From Candidatus Eiseniibacteriota bacterium (GTDB taxonomy: Bacteria; Arandabacterota; Arandabacteria; Arandabacterales; Arandabacteraceae): 24,213 bases of DNA. Under the pieces are notes generated by a model that did not search any database, had not been told where the DNA came from, and saw nothing but the letters and a program-made list of their open reading frames with translations. The stretch is from contig JBDRNT010000157.1 of NCBI GenBank assembly GCA_043810925.1, positions 1-24,213 on the forward strand, given 5' to 3'. Of the stretch, positions 15,488 through 23,600 are shown piece after piece. Made by a program: the position numbers and the translations under genes. Numbering within the stretch: the first letter of the stretch is position 1; every line of letters starts with the position of its first letter.

Positions 15488-16561
15488 ATGAATTTGAGTG
15501 ATCTGGGATGGGATTCGTTCTTCGAAGAACATCTCACGCAAAATAAGAAAGACGGTTTTGCCCCCGCCAGGATAGCGCGCGAGGACAGGCAGGCGTATCT
15601 AGCTTACAGCGAGTACGGTGAGCTTATTGCCAGAGTATCGGGTAAGATGCGTCACAGCGCGCGTTCACGTGCGGACTTCCCTGCGGTCGGCGACTGGGTG
15701 GTGATAGAGCCGCGGCCCGGCGAAGCCAGAGCGACAATCCATGCGGTGCTTCCGCGGAAGAGTAAATTCTGTCGCAAAGTCGCGTGGGTGAAGACCGAGG
15801 AGCAGGTACTCGCATCAAACGTCGATACCGTCTTCCTTGTTAACGGTCTCGACCTTGATTTCAACCTGAGACGGCTCGAGCGCTATCTTACGCTGGCCTG
15901 GGAGAGCGGGGCGCAACCGGTCGTTGTGCTCAACAAGGCTGACCTGTGTTCGGATGTCGAGTCGCAGGTGGGCGAGGCCGAGTCGGTCGCATTCGGCGTA
16001 CCGGTCCATGCCGTCAGCGCACTCGAGCTCGATGGGCTTGATGCCCTCCGCGGTTATGTCGGTACCGGTACGACCGTGGCCCTTCTGGGTTCTTCAGGTG
16101 TGGGCAAGTCGACCCTGATAAACAGCTTTCTGGGGACCGATCTTCTCAAGGTTGGTGCAGTCCGTGAGGATGACTCACGCGGCCGGCATATTACGACGTC
16201 ACGCCAGCTGGTCGTAATTCCCGGCGGGGGAGTGATCATCGATACCCCGGGGATGCGGGAACTCCAGCTCTGGGTGGATGAGAAGAGCCTGGGAGGGAGT
16301 TTCGAGGACATCGAGGAACTCGCGGCAGAGTGCCGGTTCAGTGATTGCCGGCACCAGACCGAGCCCGGATGTGCGGTCAAAGCGGCCATCGAAGCCGGCA
16401 GTCTGGATGCCGGTCGATACCGGAGTTATGTCAAACTCCAGAAGGAAATCAAGTTCCTGGCAATCCGAAAGGACCAGAGGGCGCGCTTGGACGAAAAGAC
16501 CAAGTGGAAACAGATTGCTAAATGGTCGAGACAAAGGGAGAAGCACAAGGATAAGAGCTAG
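15488..16561 (+). CDS. rsgA: Ribosome small subunit-dependent GTPase A (circularly permuted GTPase)
   Basis: PAVGDWV OB-fold, NKAD (G4), GSSGVGKS (G1), GRHITT, DTPG (G3), CRFSDCRHQTEPGC Zn finger. RBS AGGAGG. Confidence 0.95.
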   Translation: MNLSDLGWDSFFEEHLTQNKKDGFAPARIAREDRQAYLAYSEYGELIARVSGKMRHSARSRADFPAVGDWVVIEPRPGEARATIHAVLPRKSKFCRKVAWVKTEEQVLASNVDTVFLVNGLDLDFNLRRLERYLTLAWESGAQPVVVLNKADLCSDVESQVGEAESVAFGVPVHAVSALELDGLDALRGYVGTGTTVALLGSSGVGKSTLINSFLGTDLLKVGAVREDDSRGRHITTSRQLVVIPGGGVIIDTPGMRELQLWVDEKSLGGSFEDIEELAAECRFSDCRHQTEPGCAVKAAIEAGSLDAGRYRSYVKLQKEIKFLAIRKDQRARLDEKTKWKQIAKWSRQREKHKDKS

Positions 16562-16573
16562 CAACAGCGAAAA

Positions 16574-16731
16574 CCCCAGGGGCCAAAACCCCTGGGGTCA
16601 GAGCTAAAAAGTTACACACCCCCGGGGTCAGAGCTAAAAGTGTGACACTTCAGGGGGTCAGACCCCAGGATGTCAGCTTTTTAGCTCTGACCCCAAGCGA
16701 GTCACTCTTTTAGCTCTGACCCCACCCTGGG
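16574..16731. repeat. Palindromic cluster of GGGGTCAGAGCTAAAA REP-like units
   Basis: Direct copies 16594-16609 and 16624-16639, inverted copies 16679-16694 and 16708-16723, central GGGGTCAGACCCC at 16654-16666. Confidence 0.9.
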
Positions 16732-16802
16732 ATGCCGCTTTTTTGTTGATTTCTTGTTGACGCATATTAGTGGCGGTGATAGCCTGCGGACGGAGAGCTG
16801 AC

Positions 16803-17924
16803 ATGCCAAAGACAGCCAGGACTCTTAAGCCCAAAAAGAGATGCTGGACAGTCCTTGCCTACATTGCCGCCGACAACAATCTGAGCGATGCGGGTCTTGT
16901 CGACGTGCGGGAGCTCTGTGCCGTCGGTACATCTAAGGACGTGTATGCCGGAGTCGAGATCGACACCTACGGCGAGTACACGGGCTCGATTCGCTACGAG
17001 ATAACCGAGCCCGACTGGACGGGTGAAGCCCACCGTACTGTTATCCAGCGTCTCAAGGAGAAAGATACGGGGGATCCGCGGACGCTCCAGAGTTTCGTCA
17101 AATGGGGACTCAGGCGGTACCCGGCAGACAATTACCTATTCGTCATTTGGAATCATGGTGCAGGCTTTCGCTCGATACGGAGAGATATCGGCTACGATGA
17201 CTTCGGATCATCACTTGATATGCCCGAAATCGAGATCGCCTTCAGGAAGGCGGGGATCAACAGCGACAACAAGATTGCGATACTCGGGTTTGACGCCTGC
17301 CTCATGAACATGATCGAGATAGCCCACCATTTCCAGGACCAGGTAGATATCCTGGTCGGATCCCAGCAGACCGAGCCCGGAGACGGCTGGCCCTATGACA
17401 AGGTGCTGGAGGCTGTCAACAAATCCCCCACCCGGATCAACATGGCGAAGGAGATCGTCGACGTCTACATCGAGGACTACCTCAAGATGGGAATGGTCGA
17501 CGTCACCCAGTCGGCCGTCAAGATCAGCACCACCGAAACGGCAATCAGCGCGCTGAGCGATCTCGGTTATCTGCTTGCCGCCCGGACCGTCGAGTACCGC
17601 ACGGAGCTCAAGCGCATCAGGCTTGAGCTCCAGACATTCGAGATGGCCGACTATGTCGATCTCATTCACCTGGCGGGGCGTCTCGGTAAGCACATCCATG
17701 ACAATCGAATAAAGGCCGCAAGCGAGGCCGTCGCAGAAACAACCCGTGCCTGCATACTGACTTCACGCAAAACGGGCCAATCCGTCCGCAACGCCAATGG
17801 GCTGTCGGTGTGGTTCCCGGCAGTGGGACGTCTCTACTACGATTACCGCGGCAAGTATGTAGCACTCAGGTTCGCGAGACACAACAAGGGCTGGATCCGC
17901 TTTCTCGATGCCTATCATTCTTGA
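16803..17924 (+). CDS. Clostripain-related cysteine peptidase (family C11, clan CD)
   Basis: WTVLAYIAADNNL, YPADNY..IWNHGAG (catalytic His), GFDACLM (catalytic Cys), EPGDGWPY, GLSVWFP. No obvious signal peptide. Confidence 0.92.
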   Translation: MPKTARTLKPKKRCWTVLAYIAADNNLSDAGLVDVRELCAVGTSKDVYAGVEIDTYGEYTGSIRYEITEPDWTGEAHRTVIQRLKEKDTGDPRTLQSFVKWGLRRYPADNYLFVIWNHGAGFRSIRRDIGYDDFGSSLDMPEIEIAFRKAGINSDNKIAILGFDACLMNMIEIAHHFQDQVDILVGSQQTEPGDGWPYDKVLEAVNKSPTRINMAKEIVDVYIEDYLKMGMVDVTQSAVKISTTETAISALSDLGYLLAARTVEYRTELKRIRLELQTFEMADYVDLIHLAGRLGKHIHDNRIKAASEAVAETTRACILTSRKTGQSVRNANGLSVWFPAVGRLYYDYRGKYVALRFARHNKGWIRFLDAYHS

Positions 17925-18014
17925 TCCGGACATATCTATAATGGCAATGTACGCCATACTCAATTCTCCGGTGAGACTTAAGATGGCACCGGCCGTCACG
18001 GTAGGAGGAATACG

Positions 18015-19181
18015 ATGAGAGTTCCCAGACTCGGCAAGTCAGCGTTAGTGGTCGTCCTTATGGTTACGGTCATGGTGGTTGTTGTTTGTGGCTGCAGACC
18101 TTTTCGGCCGCTCAGGGCGAGCCGCGAGCCGGTCCCGGAACCGGCCCCGATCCCGGCTTCACCCGCGAGATCATCCTACGTGAAGCCTGAGGTCGCGCTT
18201 GTGGAGGTCGCCAGTTCCGACAGGCTCTGGACCGGTGTGGCGGTATCGAAAGATGGACGGATCTTTGTCAACTACCCGCGCTGGTCGGACGACGTTACGT
18301 TTTCGGTGGGGGAGATACGTGCATCGGGCAAAGTCGTCCCGTTTCCGGATGAGGACTGGAACGCCTGGGATGGTTCCCAGGAACCCGGTGATCATTTCGT
18401 GTGTGTCCAGAGTGTCTATGTCGATGACAAAGACTTCCTCTGGATTCTCGATCCTGCGAGTCCCATGCTGGGCGCGGTGGTACCCGGCGGGCCCAAGCTC
18501 CTCAAGGTCGATCTGGGTAAGAACAAGGTCGTGCAGGAAATAGGCTTTGACGAGACCGTTGCCCCGGCAGCCAGCTATCTCAACGACGTAAGGGTAGACA
18601 CCGGTAAGAACGTTGCCTATATCACCGACTCCGGACTCGGAGCACTCGTCATTGTCGATCTTAAGACGGCCAAAGCCAGACGGCTGCTCGGCGATCATCC
18701 GTCCACAAAGGCAGAGGCAGTGGTGCTTACGATCGGCGGCAAGGAATGGCGAATGGGTGGTAACGCCCCCGAGGTTCATTCCGACGGGCTGGCCTTAAGT
18801 AACGACGGCACGTATCTATACTACCAGGCCCTTACTGCAAGAACCCTCTACCGGGTCGAAACCCGCTGGCTTCTCGATCCATCGCTCTCCGGGGTTCAGC
18901 TCGGGGCAAAGGTTGAATCGATGGGCCAGACCGGGGCCGCCGACGGGATCGAGTTCGGTCCGGACCACTATCTCTATCTCACTGCGATTGAGGATAACGC
19001 AATCAAGACGTTTGCGGCACTCGACAGGGCCGAGACGGTCGTAAGGGACCCACGGCTCCTCTGGCCCGACAGTTTTGCACGGGGTGGCGACGGGTATATG
19101 TATGTCACGACTTCACATATCCATCTCGGCGCCGACGTAAGCGAACCCTACCGGATATTTAAATTCAAACCGGCGAGATAA
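18015..19181 (+). CDS. Major royal jelly protein/yellow family beta-propeller, probable lipoprotein
   Basis: TGVAVS.DGRIFVNYPRW, VQSV..D...LWILD, SYLNDVRVD, AYITDSG, SDGLALS, LWPDSF. Lipobox VCGC; RBS AGGAGG. Confidence 0.9.
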   Translation: MRVPRLGKSALVVVLMVTVMVVVVCGCRPFRPLRASREPVPEPAPIPASPARSSYVKPEVALVEVASSDRLWTGVAVSKDGRIFVNYPRWSDDVTFSVGEIRASGKVVPFPDEDWNAWDGSQEPGDHFVCVQSVYVDDKDFLWILDPASPMLGAVVPGGPKLLKVDLGKNKVVQEIGFDETVAPAASYLNDVRVDTGKNVAYITDSGLGALVIVDLKTAKARRLLGDHPSTKAEAVVLTIGGKEWRMGGNAPEVHSDGLALSNDGTYLYYQALTARTLYRVETRWLLDPSLSGVQLGAKVESMGQTGAADGIEFGPDHYLYLTAIEDNAIKTFAALDRAETVVRDPRLLWPDSFARGGDGYMYVTTSHIHLGADVSEPYRIFKFKPAR

Positions 19182-19193
19182 GGAGGCGGTGTC

Positions 19194-20270
19194 ATGAAAA
19201 GATCTGGGTGTATCACGGACCTGATCCGGCGATGTGTCGTTTCTGGTTGTTGCCTGGCCCTTCTGATCGTAGCAGCCGTATCTCCTGTAGCAGGGGAGGA
19301 GACTGAGCCTGTTCAGGAGACCGACGAGGAGTACGAGCAGGTTCTTGCAGAGAACCCGGAGTATAAGACCCAGCTTGAAGAGGTTGACAATATTCTGGCC
19401 GGTGATGAGGAGCTCGAGGAGAGCTACCTCGCCTATCAGGAATCTCTTGTGGACGACCGGGAGCTGGCGGTCGAGGAGAGTACGTTCTTTGAAGTCCTCG
19501 AAGCAGACACCGTTCTCGCGGAACGGCTGGCTGAGTTTGAGGGGATAGCTGCTGAGGATTCTGAAGCCGTTATCGAGCTGGCTGTGATGGACAGCGTGCT
19601 TGCCGCCGATCCCGAACTCGCCGGCAAGATGGAGGAACTGGAAGCGGCCGCCGCGGAAGACCCCGAACTTCTGGAGACTCACGGGGAAGCGATGGCATAT
19701 CTCGAGGCGCACCCTGAGGAGGCCGGGGATCTCTTCGCCGCCGAGGACGGTCCGACCTATGATGGTGATGACCCCGAAGTCGTGCTCTATGTCACCTACC
19801 TCGCCGGTCATCCGCGTCTATACCGGGCCCATTGGAGTCTCTACCGTTACCTGAAGGCCCGGCCGGCGGCTGCCCAGGTGGTCTATGGCCACTGGAAGTG
19901 GTACCACCCGCGCCGGAACCTCTGGAAGGCATCATGGCGTTACCGCATGTGGGCGGCGCGGCATCCGAAGACTCACAGGATCATCTGGAACCGGCGTCGC
20001 TATCTCGGCGGCCGGCCGGGTCTTTCGAGAAGGATCCGGCGCCATCGTTTCGTTGTGGCGCGCCGGCCTGCTGTACGCCACATTCTGACACGGCACCACG
20101 TTTTTGTCGCCCGGCATCCCAAGCATGCACACGCGGTGGTCAATCACCGCAACTGGGTAAAGCGCAATCACCCGCCGCCCAAGGTCAAGGCAAGACCTGC
20201 GCCCAAACCTGTGCAAGAACGCAAGCCTGACCCCAAGGCGAAGCGCAAGCCGCCGCCGAAGCGACGTTGA
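19194..20270 (+). CDS. Hypothetical secreted 17-aa-repeat protein with acidic N-half and basic C-half
   Basis: RBS AAGGAGG, signal-like hydrophobic segment ending VAG, and a continuous 17-residue periodicity. Confidence 0.8.
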   Translation: MKRSGCITDLIRRCVVSGCCLALLIVAAVSPVAGEETEPVQETDEEYEQVLAENPEYKTQLEEVDNILAGDEELEESYLAYQESLVDDRELAVEESTFFEVLEADTVLAERLAEFEGIAAEDSEAVIELAVMDSVLAADPELAGKMEELEAAAAEDPELLETHGEAMAYLEAHPEEAGDLFAAEDGPTYDGDDPEVVLYVTYLAGHPRLYRAHWSLYRYLKARPAAAQVVYGHWKWYHPRRNLWKASWRYRMWAARHPKTHRIIWNRRRYLGGRPGLSRRIRRHRFVVARRPAVRHILTRHHVFVARHPKHAHAVVNHRNWVKRNHPPPKVKARPAPKPVQERKPDPKAKRKPPPKRR

Positions 20271-20311
20271 GTCTATTGACACCTGGACGGGGTGGTGCCG
20301 TAGTCCGGCCG

Positions 20312-23300
20312 CTACTGCCAGGCTCCGACGGCGATGAAGCCGGCCCAGAGATATGGATGGTCGGGCTTTCCCCTGGATCGCAAGGCGTCGATCGTCTCTT
20401 TCTGAGCGCGCCTGATCCTCTCGGCGATCGGAGCTTCTTCTCTCTCATAGAGCAGACCGGCCATCTCAGCTGTGGCCTCATCCGGTATCGGCCATAGCGC
20501 GCTTACTACCGTGCGGGCGCCCGCAAGTTGAAACGCACGCCGCAGACCATACACACCCTCACCTTCACGGACCTCACCCAGGCCCGTCTCGCAGGCCGAC
20601 AGGACAACCAGATCGGTCCCGTCAAGATCCAGCATGGCGACCTCGTATGCGGTGAGGATGCCGTCCTCCCCGGCCCGGCTCAGGTCATCGCCGCCGCGCG
20701 CGTTGGCGCCGGCAAGAAAAAGGCCCGAAAGAAGGAGCGGGTTCTCTCCGGTCACTCGCGGCCGCTGAGCAGATTCACCACCCATGACGGTCCGGGCGCA
20801 AGCCTTATTGAGGAAGTAACCATGCGTTGCAAGGTGAATCACCCGATGGTCGTGAGCTTCCGCCTTCAGTCTCGACTCGCTGGCATCACCTCTCGTGTAC
20901 ACCGTAGCAGGTTCGTCCGTGGACATATTCCAGAGATCTACGATCAGCCTGATCTCCTCCCTTGTTCCCGGCAGGGGCGGCACGGTCACCTCGCTAAGTG
21001 CTTCGCAGCCCGAGCGAACGCGCCGTGTCAGGCCTGCCACCGGCCCACCGGCGACACCCGGTTCTCCAGCCAGTTCGGTCACCTGCCCGGGGGAAACTGC
21101 ATCATAGTCGGGATCGCCAAAGACCAGCAGCCCTTGCCCCGACTCGACATCGGCTCCCAGGCGGAGCATATCTCTTGCGGACGTGAGGTAGTGAATCGCG
21201 AGATCCCCGGTGAGGTAGTCTCCGTCAGGGCCGATGAGACCCGCATAGGCAACCATATTGAGTGCTCCGTCGGGGGCAATAAAGACCATCTGATGACCTG
21301 TGGTGTACCCGGAGACCGGAGCCCAGATCATCTCCCAGAGGGCTTCGCCGATCTCCTTATACTCAGCAAGATCTATAGGAGTGGGTGGTACCGCGGCCCT
21401 GGAAACTCTCAACATATGCTCCCTGTAACGATTCACAAGACCGTCCACCTCTGGGGCCGACCCGATAGATACGATGACTGGATCAGTGCCGCTCTTCGCT
21501 ACGACTGCCATATACCTGGGCATGGATGTTCCCGCGATCGGATCGGCATGGTTGTATCTGAGATACTCCACAAGGCAGGCCCCTTCCGGCAACAATTCGA
21601 CAATGGACGCTGCCGTAACGTTCCGGTACTGTCTGTGCCTTCTGTAGCTCGCACTCCGCATCGCAAGCTCACTCTCAAGATCCGCAATCTCGTCTTCCAG
21701 TTCGTCTGAGGCCTGCCGGTAGGTTTCCAGGTCCTCACCGGGTCCTTCGATAAACATCCCTGCGAGCTGGAACCTTGAAAACCTGAGGGCCTCGGTGATG
21801 GTCGCGGTCGCACTATCGGCCTCTTCGACCATCGACCTGTTTCGCTCGAAGATGCCGTCGGACACCTGTCCCTTACATGACAGGACAATGTCGGCCGGGT
21901 TTGATGTCTTTGCTTTCTCCTCCCGAGCGAGTGAGTTATAGCAGGAAAGATAGTTGTCGAATGATCCCCGGAGAGAACCCGAATAGGTGAGGGCGTCAGC
22001 TTCAGAGAGGACAGTCGCATTCTCAGCAAGAGCCCGGTGTCTTATCCACACAGCCCGCTCGGCAAGATCCGTGGCTTCAAGCGGCCTGTTAAGAGCCCTT
22101 GCGATCACAGAAAGCCGTTCCAGGTTCTCCGCCACCGCAAAATGGTCTTCACCGAAAATCTCCTCAGCCATAACAAGACTCTTGCGGCAAAGTGTCTCAG
22201 CCTCGTCAAAGCGTTGCTCCTGGATTCTCAGTCTACCCAGATAGCCCAGTGTCCGTGCGATCTCATGTAGCTGCGGATCTTCCGCAGCCTGTCTGATTGC
22301 AAGAGCCCGCGTGTAAAGTGAATCCGCCTCGCGGTAGTCTCCTTGCTCGAGGGCGAGCCCGGCGATGTTCTCGAGGTCGGCCGCCACTCCGCTGTGGTTT
22401 CCCCCGAGCGTCCTGGTGTCGATAGCAAATGCCCTCTCAAGCACTGCTTTCGCTTCATCATATCGGCCCTCATCGACAAGGGCAGCTCCCAGGTTGCAGA
22501 GGCTCATCGCGACATCGGGATGGTCCGACCCTAACGAGCGCTCCCGGATCGCCAGCGCACGTTGATGCAATTCGCAGGACTCGGCCAGAATTCCCTGGCG
22601 GCCTGCCACGGACGCAAGATTGTCAAGACATCCTGCGATATCCGGGTGGTAGGGGCCGAGGAACATCTCCATGATTTCCATTGCTCGCCCAAACGCGAGC
22701 CTCGCTTTTACGTAGTCACCGAGCCATACCGACACGTTACCCAGGTTCAGAAGTATTGAAGCCACGATCGGATGCTCCGTGCCGAAGTTGGACTCGGCGA
22801 TCGTGAGAGCCGCGGCAAGGACCTGTTCAGCCTCGGCATACCTTCCGAGGTTCCCGTAGAGAACACCCAGGTTGACCAGGGTCTTTATGTTCTCCGGATG
22901 CGTGGGCCCGAGAGCCGCTTCTTTTATGGCCAGAGCATGCTTGAGCAAGTCTCCGGCCTCCCTGTAACGTCCGCCCGAGAGGTAGATACCTCCAAGACCG
23001 TGGTAGTAACGCGCGACCTCGAGATGGTCTGGGCCGTAGAGATCGGTCATGGCCGAAAGCCCCGTCACAATCTCTTCTTCTGCTTGATCGAGCCTGCCGC
23101 CATAGAGGTAGAGCGTTGCCAGATCATAGCGGTTCGAGGCGACATCAGGGCTCCCGGTTCCGAGCGCATCCAGTCGGATGTTGAGAGCCCTTGAGAGAAG
23201 CGACTCCGCCGTAGCGAAGTCACCCAGATCTGTGTACAGACTGCCCAGGGCGTTCAGGCTGATCGCAAGGTTCGGGTGGTCGGCGCCGTAAGCCTCTTCC

Positions 23301-23467
23301 GCAACCGAAGCACTAAGTTGATACAGGGATTCGGCGGGAGCATACTCTCCGACCGCCATGAGGGAATCAGCTTCGAAAACAAGATCTTCCCACTCTTCAG
23401 CATATCCCGAAGCAAGGCCCAGGACTGCACAGCATGCGAGCAGAGCGATGGGAATCCTCGCCGTCAT
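20312..23467 (-). CDS. TPR-repeat, CHAT-domain (caspase-like) protease with N-terminal signal peptide
   Basis: Ten ~42-aa kinesin-light-chain-type TPRs (HPxxAxxLxNL), IAPDGAL, LPGTREE, IHLATHG (His), VLSACETGLG (Cys), HPYLWAGF. RBS GGAGGTG. Confidence 0.93.
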   Translation of the reverse strand: MTARIPIALLACCAVLGLASGYAEEWEDLVFEADSLMAVGEYAPAESLYQLSASVAEEAYGADHPNLAISLNALGSLYTDLGDFATAESLLSRALNIRLDALGTGSPDVASNRYDLATLYLYGGRLDQAEEEIVTGLSAMTDLYGPDHLEVARYYHGLGGIYLSGGRYREAGDLLKHALAIKEAALGPTHPENIKTLVNLGVLYGNLGRYAEAEQVLAAALTIAESNFGTEHPIVASILLNLGNVSVWLGDYVKARLAFGRAMEIMEMFLGPYHPDIAGCLDNLASVAGRQGILAESCELHQRALAIRERSLGSDHPDVAMSLCNLGAALVDEGRYDEAKAVLERAFAIDTRTLGGNHSGVAADLENIAGLALEQGDYREADSLYTRALAIRQAAEDPQLHEIARTLGYLGRLRIQEQRFDEAETLCRKSLVMAEEIFGEDHFAVAENLERLSVIARALNRPLEATDLAERAVWIRHRALAENATVLSEADALTYSGSLRGSFDNYLSCYNSLAREEKAKTSNPADIVLSCKGQVSDGIFERNRSMVEEADSATATITEALRFSRFQLAGMFIEGPGEDLETYRQASDELEDEIADLESELAMRSASYRRHRQYRNVTAASIVELLPEGACLVEYLRYNHADPIAGTSMPRYMAVVAKSGTDPVIVSIGSAPEVDGLVNRYREHMLRVSRAAVPPTPIDLAEYKEIGEALWEMIWAPVSGYTTGHQMVFIAPDGALNMVAYAGLIGPDGDYLTGDLAIHYLTSARDMLRLGADVESGQGLLVFGDPDYDAVSPGQVTELAGEPGVAGGPVAGLTRRVRSGCEALSEVTVPPLPGTREEIRLIVDLWNMSTDEPATVYTRGDASESRLKAEAHDHRVIHLATHGYFLNKACARTVMGGESAQRPRVTGENPLLLSGLFLAGANARGGDDLSRAGEDGILTAYEVAMLDLDGTDLVVLSACETGLGEVREGEGVYGLRRAFQLAGARTVVSALWPIPDEATAEMAGLLYEREEAPIAERIRRAQKETIDALRSRGKPDHPYLWAGFIAVGAWQ

Positions 23468-23539
23468 AGTTCACCTCCGCGTTGGGTGAAACGCCGTGTG
23501 TGAATCACATCAATAGGGACTCCTGCACGTGCAGTGCCG

Positions 23540-23568
23540 AAGGTATCACACGTGTCGTCACGGGTCAA
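23540..23568 (-). promoter_or_regulatory. Sigma70-type promoter for the CHAT gene
   Basis: Minus strand TTGACC (23568-23563), 17 nt ending TGa, TACCTT (23545-23540). Confidence 0.55.
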
Positions 23569-23600
23569 TGCCCCGGGATCACATGATGACCCCTGTGTTT

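Noticed and set aside
16574-16731. Possible CRISPR array
   Set aside because: Units are 16 bp, occur in both orientations, have ~13-14 nt related spacers, and no cas genes are present.
19832-20230. Alternative-frame ORF suggesting a frameshift in the charge-split protein
   Set aside because: The 17-aa register continues in the main frame through the basic half; the alternative frame has no such pattern.
20528-21709. 393-aa + strand ORF
   Set aside because: Antisense shadow of the CHAT domain; no RBS or recognisable motifs.
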